Origin: Chrysomallon squamiferum
Taxonomy: Eukaryota; Animalia; Mollusca
Direction: 5' to 3'
Assembly: GCA_012295275.1 (NCBI GenBank)
Contig: CM022679.1
Span: 15,438,001 to 15,502,000, forward strand
Length of the DNA stretch: 64,000 bases
Shown one piece after another: positions 53,401-64,000 of this stretch; position 1 is the stretch's first letter, and each line of letters opens with the position of its first letter. Both the position numbers and the translations under genes were made by a program. A model generated the notes under the pieces. That model ran no database searches and was not told where the DNA came from. It worked only from the letters and a program-made list of their open reading frames with translations.

Positions 53401-54987
53401 CATTGGTAAGTTTAATGTGTTACCTGAATCTGAATCTTCCCAGAACAACAATGAAAATGTGTAAATATGTTCTTTCTGTACTTTTCCAGGATCGTAATGA
53501 GGTTGGTAAGTGTAAATATTCTCCGATTCAGTACTTTCCCCAAGTGGTCATAATGAAGTTTTTAGTGTAAAGTGTACTTTGGTTCTGTACTTTCTCTGGG
53601 CAAGTCTAAAAAAGTCCTTACAATTCTGTATTTTTGCAAGACCATATGTAGGTAAGTAGTACTTTTATTTGAACTATTAATGAAATTATTTCTGAAATGG
53701 CATGACTGTATGTTGGTAAGTCAGGACTTCAGAAATATTGACAATTTCTTTTATCCAGCAAAGAGTCTGAATGATGTTGCCCAAAATTTAGAACCTGCTT
53801 AAATTCAGTTGGATATGCTGATATATTGAACAAACTGATCCCTGCATTGTTGTCCTTAAGCATTTGCTCATATGATGAATTATTTGCATCAGTATTACAT
53901 CAGTGTCACAAGTTTTATAATTGTCTGTGATCTTAATCTCAGAAAAAAGAAAATGTCACTAAACCTTAATGAGAAATTACTGTACAGCTATTTTCTAATT
54001 ACTGATCTAAAATGTGCAAGATTTCAAATAACACCTATTTTATAATTAAAACTTATTCTGTTTATTAGATGATTAAGTTTAAAAATCAGTCTGTATTTAA
54101 AAAGGATTCTTGTACATAACTTAAAATTAAAACCCCATCAGAATTAATTAAGTATTAAGCCTCTGTCAGAATTTTTTTTTTTTTTTTTGTTTTTAAAGGG
54201 TTTGCTCTGCGATTGTTTTGAGAAGTCTGAATAGGACATGGTTCTGGGCACATCAATGTTTCAAGCTTTTTGTTTTTCTATAAACAATATTCTAGTTTCC
54301 TATGAATGAAGGAAACTGCTTGAGTACATACGTGAATGTTTTGAATTTTAACCTTAACTCCACATGTAAATATCATTACTGTTTATATATTTATTCATAT
54401 TTAGGCTTATTGTCCATGGCCAATGCAGGACCAAACACAAATGGGTCTCAGTTTTTCATCACTGTAGCACCAACACCTTGGTAAGTTACACATATCGGTT
54501 TAGGACATTTTAAATTTATGGTTAAATTTGAAAATATTCTTTGATTATGATCTCATAATTGTTGTGTAGTTTAAATTTTGGAGACATTTTAAAATGTCCA
54601 CCTCTGTTACCAGATTTCTGCCACTGTAAACATGTTCTCAGCTGTCATTAAACATCTCTTGGATTTGTTGAATTTAGATATTTAGTTTGTCTGTTACAGT
54701 AACACTATTTGATTTTCATGATTTCAGTTATAGCCCATTTATATTTTATTGACTACTGAAACAAAAATAAATACCTTTAGCATCTGTTTAATTTATTATT
54801 TTTTAAATTGATATATATCTAGTTTTTTTTTTTTTGTTTTTGAATGGTCAGGTTGGACAAAAAACATGTGGTATTTGGGAAGGTTATTGAAGGTTATGAA
54901 GAAGTGGTGAAAAAGATGGAGGCTGTTGGAACTCAGGATGGACACCCAACAGCTACTGTTAGAATAGAAGACTGTGGACAACTATAA
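50016..54987 (+). CDS. PPIA: Single-domain cyclophilin (peptidyl-prolyl cis-trans isomerase, PPIA/PPIF family), 165 aa, no N-terminal presequence
   Basis: Exons 50016-50081, 51988-52018, 53057-53245, 54405-54480, 54852-54987(TAA) = 498 nt. [100 protein letters not shown]. An in-frame TAA at 49998-50000 rules out an unspliced upstream extension. Family assignment is secure; exact orthology to PPIA versus PPIF is not. Confidence 0.9.
51781..51914 (+). ncRNA. Candidate intronic H/ACA snoRNA or scaRNA-like two-hairpin RNA in cyclophilin intron 1
   Basis: Hand-folded stems GTACATAGT/ACTGTGTGC and AAGACTTTT/GAAGGTCTT plus CATTGAA/TTTGATG; AAAAGA (ANANNA) at the junction, ATA after hairpin 2, TGAG in the apical loop; ends about 73 nt before the 3' splice site. 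No target identified. Confidence 0.3.
53232..53730 (+). repeat. Degenerate ~52-bp tandem array derived from the cyclophilin exon 3/intron 3 junction
   Basis: Units such as CACAATGATGCTG|GTAAGTGT, GATCATTGTGACATTG|GTAAGT, GATCGTAATGAGGTTG|GTAAGTGT and GGTCATAATGAAG, with recurring TTCTGTACTTT tracts. Confidence 0.6.
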
Positions 54988-56729
54988 CTCGACACAATGT
55001 CAGGTCTTTACCTGAGCTCATTTCTAAACTCCAATTTGTAACTTGTTTTCTTCCCTAGTAGCAGTATGTAGAAACCACCTGTGTTTTGTCTTGTAGGCAA
55101 GCTTGTCAACATACTCAATTCATATACTTGATTAACAACAAAATCTCTTTTGTTACAGCTACGCACATTTTTTAGAACAATTTGTTAGGTTTATTTCTTT
55201 GGTTTGGAAGATTTTAAGATCTTCTATATATATTTTTTTTTTTAAAGAAAAGTTACCATCAATAACCTCCAAGAGATGATTATGAAAGAAAATGATGATA
55301 CATTTCCACTTTTACAAACTAAGAAATCTGTTTTTGTATCTTTTATTAATTTTAGTGCTTTTTGTGTGTGTTTTGTTTTGTTGAAACTGAAGCTGGTACT
55401 TGATTTTTAAAATTAAAAAAAAAATCATTTGATTTTAAATATATGCTTAAATTTTGTATTATGATAAAATTTTTGACCATTTAAAAAAATAAAACCAAAA
55501 CAAAAATTGTATGTCAATCAAAGGGCAGAATTACGTATTAAACTGTGATATTAACTTGTTGACAAAATTAAGAAAAACCTGTATGTGCACACATCTTTTA
55601 TGTTCTCTTTTGAACCTTTAGGATTTTGAAGGAATGTTGCCTAAAATAAAAGTTAAGTCTAAAGGAAAGCAATTACACTGATAGTCTTTTAAAATAAGAT
55701 GGAAGTATAGATGCATTTATTTATTTATTTTTGATCTAAATTTGTTTCTGCAGCTGTAAAGTGAGGTTTGTTTTTGTTATAGTTAGTTAACATTTTAATT
55801 ATATTGTAGATTGTTTGAGTGCCATAGATTAAAAAGATTTTTAAAATGTAAATTACTTGTTAACATTTTAATTTTATACTTTACTTTTATGGTGTTTCTA
55901 ATTAATGATTTTTGTATGAAAGATGGACTAATAATTGAAGGGGAAAAAAAACAACAAAAAAAACAACAAAAAAAAAAAGATCATGAAACTATATATTGTT
56001 TACTTCATTTGTGTATCAAATTTTTGATGTTTTTAATGACTTAATGGTTGATAGAGAAACCATTTTTAAACTTTTTGTTAAACTGATATAGAATATCAGG
56101 ATATATTTTCATTTTAAAAACATTTTACAATGTTGTTAGTACCAGCTGATGTTAGAATGACCAGTACTCGACTCTTGTGTTCAAGTAGATGTTGGAAAAT
56201 GGGTGGTTGTAAATTGTCTGAAAGAAAGGACATATTTGGGTTTCACATGTTTTGGTGTTTGTGTCACTTCAAATAAAATGGGTATCAAAGGAATTGGTAT
56301 AAATTACTTGCTTGTGGTATTTTACCTGTTTCAAGTTGACTGAATAAGTAAATTAGAAGTACAACAAATCATTTTTTTTCTTATCCTAGCTTGACCACCT
56401 TTTGAATTCTGGTACTGTAATCTCCATTTCAGAATTACACCTTGGCAAATAATAGTTTCAACAGGTCCCATTCTTAATAACAAGCAGCTTTAATTAATCA
56501 GTATTTGTAATTTTTAATATTAAAAATACAACCTAGAAATATCTTGACATATTGGTATCTTTGAAATTGTTGGTAAAAAGAGTATTATTACTATTATTCT
56601 TTTTAAGTATTGTATTTTTTCCAGTGTTCTGCATATTAGGTGTCTGTCTTTTCATTCTGTGCATGCTTAAAATGTATACTTACTTATTTAAACTGCAGTG
56701 AGATTCATTTAGCTTAACAGTTGTATTTA

Positions 56730-56814
56730 TTCTTGAATAGTGTTATTATTATTATTACTATTTATTTTGTCTTCTTGAATAGTGTTTATTATTATTACTA
56801 TTTATTTTGTCTTC
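56730..56814 (+). repeat. Two-copy ~42-bp tandem duplication
   Basis: TTCTTGAATAGTGTT(ATT)nACTATTTATTTTGTC occurs twice in tandem. Confidence 0.8.
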
Positions 56815-59800
56815 ATTTTATAAATTTAAAAAAAAAAAAAAAACCAACCCCTAGCATATTGTGGACCTCATTTTAATAAAATGGTTATGCAGTTATGTGC
56901 ATCATTGCTCATTTCTTTTCTTATTTGGTATTTTACTGAATCTCATTGGACCAGCAGTATCCAAGTCCTCTACACATGTTGCTTTGTTTGTCTTTGTGAC
57001 TGTTAGTGTGTCTTATTAGCAATTGTCAAAAATACATCAGGACAATAAATACTTTTCTGTTAAACCCAACTTTTGTTGTTTTTTTCTTTATGCAAAAACA
57101 AAACATGAGGTTTAAACATTAATCTAAACATTGTATTCACGGTTATTTGCTCTCAGTGTATTAGTTTCTTTTATAGTGATAACAAAAATATAAACTCTAA
57201 TGATACTCAGTTAGTTAAAAAGGTCATCTTTTTAGATGCACCTTACTATACAGATAAAAATATTTGGCATAGGTGGAATAGCAAATAATTCAAAGGCCAT
57301 TAAGTAATACCACTTTTCTATTTTGGACCTTAAGCAATATTCCATTTGTTTTTTAACATCTTTGTATTTTGTCTGACTCTCTTGGTATTTTAAATCACCA
57401 ATTTATCTTATTTATATTTTCTTGGAAATTAATGAGAAATTGAAAAAAAAAAAAAGAAAAAAAAGAGAATTTCTTGTTTCAGTGATATTTTTTTCATTAC
57501 ACATTTTCTTCATATAACTTTGTTTTACCTATTTACAGCCAAAATTTATTCTATTAATGTTCAGGACAGAAGACGTACAATAACGGATAATATATTCAGA
57601 TTACATTGTGTACCAAATTAACCTTTGTAGCTTCATGTTTAAAGTAATATGAATTTATAATAAAGTAATATTTATTGTAATACTGTCCAGTGAACTGATG
57701 ATTCTGCTAAATACACCTTGAATTTGTATTCTACAGAATTATAAAATTAGTTTTCTGAGTTTAAGCAGGTGACTGAATAGAAAGCCTCTTCAAAACTCAA
57801 GTAGAGTAACAAAGTAGTTTTACTCCATTATGCGAGACTCCTGATTTTAAGACTACTTGGTGTTGATTACTATTACAGTGTATACATTAATTAACATCAA
57901 ACCAGGATTGGAGAGTGGTAGCTCTATATATCTTTATAATGAGATTTACATCTTGATGTTAATACTGTTAAAGTAGACCATTAATATATATATTTTTTTT
58001 TTAGACCCCTGATAGGCTAAACAGAAAGAAATGAAATGACAATAATAAACAATTTATTTCACAAATACAATATTATATGTACAGATATGTCAATGGAGGA
58101 AATACCCAGTTAGTGGACAAGGACATTTATATATTTACATCAGTGGTAAAGGACAACATTTAAAGTAATTCATCTGTCATAAATCTGTTAATTTCAAGAG
58201 CATGTCCTAGAGGCACCAGTTAGTGTGAAAAGAAGATAACTAAGCAAATACATTGTCCGAAATGACATTTTAAACAGTAACTGTCTTCAACTGGTGGGCA
58301 GTAGTAATACTTATTTGGCACTTCTGAACCATCCAAAATAAAAAGAAGGTTGAGAAAAATTTAAATGAACTATCTGTTTTCCCACAGATTGCTGCAATTA
58401 ATAGGGTTTTCAGTTTGCTGCATCTTGTATTCCTACGACTTAACCTAAATTTCAGCGATAAACAAGGAACTTGTTGCATTTTAACTGTATTTGTTATTAG
58501 TGTACCTTTTGCAGAAAATGCATGACAAAACTGCAAAAAAATGTTTTTCAATTACTGTCTCAGGTCTAAACCTTACAATATAGCAGAAGAAACTTGTTAG
58601 AAATCATTAAAAATTCAAAAGTATTTAACACTTTCATAAAAATAATCAGCACATGCTTCTGTTTTTGAATCAATCATATCCTAACAGATACCACTATACT
58701 AAAAAAAAAAAAATGTTACTTATTTTAAAATTAAAAGATTAAATTTTTTTAAAAACAGAAATGAAGAACTGGTTAAAATGACACTATTAAGAATGATGAT
58801 AGAATCCAGTCAGGTTTTAGTAGTATTTATTAATATTAGCACTGGTCAGACAAGTGTTAAATGTTATTCTTATTCATCGATGTGCATAAAAAAAATTCAT
58901 TATAATTAGTAAAATTTACAACAAACAAGAACAATAAGTTATCTATGAGTACATATCAACAAATAAAAAAACAACAAATACATATCTGTACATACTTATA
59001 TATACAAACATTTTAAACTAAATTTCACATCTAAAGAAAAATAGATTATCTCTTTTCTTTTTGTTAGTGTTTTTTACGAAGACCATTCACTACTATTCTT
59101 CTACTAGATTAAATATGATTATGTACATAATAAATATTTTAGTTAAATTTTGACAAAGGGCTCATTAGTGCAGTGTTGCATTGCTTTCATACCACAAAAC
59201 AAATGATCCATTTATCATGAATAAAACCAAATATTTTATCAACATCTTAATAAACATTTGAAATTAACTTAAATAATAATAATAAAAAAAACAAACAAAA
59301 AAACACAACAGAATCTTAAAGAGTACAAACTGCTTGTATATACTGTGCTATTTCAAATTGTTTATTATCAGAAATAATTTTTAATCTTTGCTAATAATAA
59401 AACATGACTATTAAACTAATGAATGAGCGTTCAAACGTTAAGGTACACATTTTCTGTCACTGTGACACAATTTCTTTTATATTTTTTTGTTTTAATTATT
59501 TTTAAAATTTAATCTCAAAGATCTGAGAAAGAGGAAATATTTACCTCATTCATGCTCACTAGTTTACTGTCATGATTCATTATTAGCAAAGTATAGTTAC
59601 TATTTCTCGTAAAACAATTTGGAAATGGACAAAATTATTTAAGTTTTATTTGTTTGAAAATCAACCTTCAGAGGAAAAAAGAACTATTTGATACAATTTA
59701 ACCAGATTTATGTAAGTCATGAAGCAGTTTTCATTTACATTCATCTTATGTTCAGACTTTATTAAAAAATGCCTAATGACACATTAAAACAATTTAGAAG

Positions 59801-59955
59801 AACGGGAAAATCTCAGTTTGTAACAATTTATTAGTGTATTTTAAACAAACACTGTTACACTTGATTAGTAAATGAAAAGTTAAAGCAATTAGAAAAAAAC
59901 AACAACAAAAAAACAAAGTGTGGTTATTGTACAAACACTGAAGGAAAGAAATTAA

Positions 59956-60035
<80 letters not shown>
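59956..60035. repeat. (AAT)n microsatellite in the presumed GBF1 3' UTR
   Basis: Directly visible. Confidence 0.95.
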
Positions 60036-60037
<2 letters not shown>

Positions 60038-61808
60038 TAAAATAAGGAACCTAAAAGTAATAGGAACAAAATAAACACACAATTTAAAATCCCCAATAAT
60101 TATATTACAAAATAAAAAATAACATTTTTCAAAACTAAATTGTTAGTGTTGAAATGACACCCACACACACACACACACAGACATGCACACACACATTTAC
60201 TTATATATAACAGTAAAAAAAAACCCAGAAACGATAAGCATTACAAAATAAAACATAAAACCAAAATAATCAAAACAGTTTCTGCAGATCACAACACTGA
60301 TTTACACATCAGCAAATTAGCATAAATACATTATGGAAAATAAATATAAAAAGTAAATATTTTAAAATCTTGAATACAGAATCTTCAGTTAAATAAAACC
60401 ATATTTCATACAAAATATTATACACATAGCATCCTGGAATCAACAATAAATCTGGAATATTTTTTAAATATGTCTTTTTTGTTGAAATGTTAACAGGCAT
60501 CTTGTTAAAATCAAATGATTAATGAATTTTCTAATTTTCATACAAATAATATTAAAGTATTTTGCTTAATGCACCACAATATTAAAGTAATGACCACCAC
60601 ATCAAGAAAGCACACATACACATAAAACAGATTTCATTTAAAAATGAAATACTGAAAACTATCTAAAACAGCATGACTAGAAACAATGTGAATATTAAAA
60701 ACTAGGTATTTTAGAACATCAGGAGAAAATTTTCTTGATTAGCAAAATAAGTAAAATGATAAATGCTGGCAGACTTTATTGCAAGCCTGTAATTATCTTT
60801 TTAATTATGGGTGAAAAAAAAGTAAAGAAAAAGAAAACCAGAACAAGAGAAAATGTTAAATAATATCATAAATAATAAAGTAAGGAATAACAAGTTTTAT
60901 TTAGTTTAAAAAAAAAAAAGAGTTATTTGAGTATCTATTACATGAAAAGAGAAAAAAAATGATTCCTTATCGACAATAAAAAACCCACATAAATTAAACT
61001 ATGGATGTCATGGACTGCTAGCTATAAATCTCTTAAAAAAACAACCCAAAAAGACTAAAAAAAAACCATCAAATTATTTTGTTCAATGTTATTTCATCTA
61101 CTTTCATTTACAATGAAAGGTTAAGATAAAAACTAGAGCTATTTTCAAAATGGTGATTTCACTTATACAAAATAAATGATTATAGAATTTTGAAATCTGA
61201 TAACCAAAAGTGAATATATTTATATAATTTGTTTTGTTTGTTTTAAACTGTACTGGATATCTTGTTACATCTATAAATGTCTATGGAAGGTAAGAAAAAA
61301 AAGAAAAAAGAAAAAGGAATCAACACTAATTCTTAAAAGGCACCCCCAAAAAACCCCACTGTGTTTACGACAGTGACATACTGCAATAATTAGACTGGGG
61401 TGTTTACGGTAACCTTTTCACACAAATACAGCATTAAGCAGTTAAAAAGTCTGTCTGAAAGAGAAACCAGTAACTGAATTATGCAAATAACTGTACGAAA
61501 TTGCACAAACCAGAGAAAGGGCTGAATAGACATTTTTCTACATAAATACAAATAAAATAACAGGTATCAGAAATTTGTGCTGTTCTAGTTATTAAATTAC
61601 TACATTATTGTACAAAAAAGACACCATTCTCTACCATCAACACACGACATTAACAATATCAACAAGAAAAAGATCAGAATTTAGAAAATAGGACTGATCA
61701 AAAAGGTTCAGTAAAATACAGGATAATTTGATATGATAAAACATGAAAATATCACAAGAAACTATATTGTGTGGATAACTGGCGACTGACAGGAAACTGT
61801 TCCAAACA

Positions 61809-63698
61809 TCATGGGCTGCTTGCAGTCAGGTTGTTCATTTGTGCCTGAGAAAAAATAAAAACAAAAATAAAATAAAAAATAATAATAAAAGATTTAAAAG
61901 ATTGATTAATGAATCCATTCACTAAAGCAAACAAATTAAGATAAATGGATCTTTGCTAAAAACTTACAGGATTACTACATTGTTCCTTAATAATAATAAT
62001 AATAATAATAATAATATTAGTAAAATAAAAAAAATGAAATGAAATAAATAATAATAATAATAGAAACAGAGACTAATAAAACAACAACAACAAATCTTCT
62101 GTAACTGACATAAGATTTATTTCACCAGACTTCACTTAACACGTACAATACTCACTTGTGGTGTTATGTAAGGTACGCTTGTACTTTGCATGATGTCTGG
62201 GTTTAACAGAAGAGGTATATGAGCAGAGCTATAGCCCTCATTGTGGGGCTCATTGGTACCTGAAGGTTGTCCTGGGGTGGGTGTGGTGATGTTGGGCAGG
62301 GGTGGATGCAGGATGTATGCAGAGCCTGGAGCAGACTCGTGTGGTACGGGCATCAGAGGACTCGTAGGTCTTGGTGGAGATGTACTGCTTGAATCTGCGA
62401 CAATGAAACAATTCAATAATTAAAAAATGAAACTAAAACTTAAAATAAACAGATTGCTAGTTTTTAAAGAAATGGAAATTAAAGAAGAAAAGAAATCTTT
62501 TATTTATTGTTATCGGATAATCAATATTCCACATAAGCTTTTTGTTATTAAAAAAATAATTGGGTGTCTAAAAACAAATGAAACAATCTCTCAGAAGTAT
62601 TCAAAATTAATGTTATTTCACTGAACATCAATATTTTTACTGATTTAACCAGAAATTAAAGTCAGGTCCTATGTTTTATAACTGAAAATTAAATTTTATA
62701 CTAATTTAGACATGAGACAGTAAATTAATACATAGATAATAGACATTATGTTAAAGTCATGATATATAATTGTGAATTTTACATTAATTCTGTCATGTAA
62801 CAATAACGTAAAACTTACTGTGATAATGTTCTAGTTAAATTAACATTTACATTAATTACACAATTTAAAAGTAAAAGGAAGTTACTATGTTCTGTACATG
62901 AAAATTAAATCAACAACAGTATTAGTTGTGTCAATGTGATGTTAAGACATTCTGGTATTCTGTGACAGTATATTAAACATACTGTAACAATAATAAATTA
63001 AAATAACATTTGTTCATGTTCTAAGACTTACCACAGCTTTGTTCTACAACAGTAACAGTTTCCAATTGAACACTGTCATGTTTTGATTCACCAGATACAT
63101 CTCTTGCTGAAGTCTGGCTTGAGTTACCATCTGCTGAATTGTTTTCACATCTGTCAATCTTTTTAACTTCTAAAAAAAAAAAAAAAAAAAAATAATAATT
63201 TATAAAAATAATAATAATAAATACAAACCAAACAACATCTTTCATAATTAGTATGTGCACTAAGTTCTTTAAAAGAAGGTATCACATTAAATATTAGCAC
63301 TGCTGAATCATCAATATTTGAATAAAATCTGATTTAACCAACAACAATAAAACATTAAACATTTCAAAAGAACACAGTATTTATCTTTCACTCTGAATTT
63401 GCATATGATAAAGCCAGAACCATTTAATACTTTAAAAAAAAGAAAAAAAAAGACATTAAAATCCCTAACAATCCTCACCCACAAACAATTACAATAAAAT
63501 GAAATAAATGAAAACAAAGAGATATTTACCTGGTTCAAAAGGTTTAAAGAGTTCTCCTTTCAGGTTAGGTAAGAATGTGTCAATTTTATCCCACGTGAGT
63601 TTCCACAGCTGAGACTCCATGTTTTCACCTGTTTGAAATATTGCAGCTGTGTCCATCACCAAAAGCATGTTTTTCAAAGACTCAGGAATAGCTTCAGA
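61809..63698 (-). CDS. GBF1: Golgi brefeldin A-resistant Arf-GEF GBF1, last four coding exons (gene continues beyond window end)
   Basis: Minus-strand exons 63698-63530, 63169-63032, 62394-62156, 61844-61809(TGA) join in phase. SEAIPESLKNMLLVMDTAAIF...LWKLTWDKIDTFLPNLKGELF matches the conserved end of the GBF1 HDS3 region, followed by a Pro/Ser-rich tail with IPLLLNP. Confidence 0.9.
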
Positions 63699-64000
63699 CT
63701 GAAAAATAAGTTTAAAAAAAAAGAAATTTTAAATTTGTATTATTTTAAAAATTAAATAATTTTAATTAAGTACTTTAACAACATTCTTTCATTTATATTC
63801 TATTGCAAGTAACAGCTTTAAAAGATTATTGTTATCTTTTTGTATTTTAGTGCTTATTCTTAATGACAGTCATGATGATGATGATGATGATGATATGACA
63901 ACAACAACTTTACTACCATTATATTTTTTATTTTATTTTATGCTGTTATCAAAAAATACTTTATTAACTTTAACGTAATCATAATCTTAAAAACTATCAG

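Noticed and set aside
53232-53730. CRISPR-like repeat-spacer interpretation of the periodic array
   Set aside because: Eukaryotic intron, degenerate non-palindromic units, no unique spacers and no cas genes.

Overview
Very AT-rich, intron-rich animal genomic DNA, probably a lophotrochozoan such as a gastropod mollusc (inferred from protein similarity and a SINE-like remnant, not proven). I reconstructed five spliced protein-coding genes by hand from GT-AG boundaries and reading phase: the 3' part of an M14B carboxypeptidase (CPE-like, +), a complete MAD1 (+, about 725 aa), a complete DLG5 (+, CARD-coiled coil-4xPDZ-SH3-GUK, about 2058 aa once one frameshift is repaired), a cyclophilin A-type PPIase (+, 165 aa) and the 3' end of GBF1 (-). 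DLG5 introns carry two non-autonomous Tigger/pogo elements. No prokaryotic-type system, CRISPR array, rRNA or intact tRNA is visible, and I cannot claim a proven new system. The best leads are: an apparent 2-nt deletion in DLG5 exon 4 (a probable assembly error that would otherwise give a CARD plus coiled-coil-only protein); an array of about ten 5' splice-site-like copies at roughly 52-nt spacing in cyclophilin intron 3; a two-hairpin H/ACA- or scaRNA-like structure in cyclophilin intron 1; a 57-bp element duplicated in consecutive MAD1 introns; and a possible divergent spliced transcript from the MAD1 promoter.
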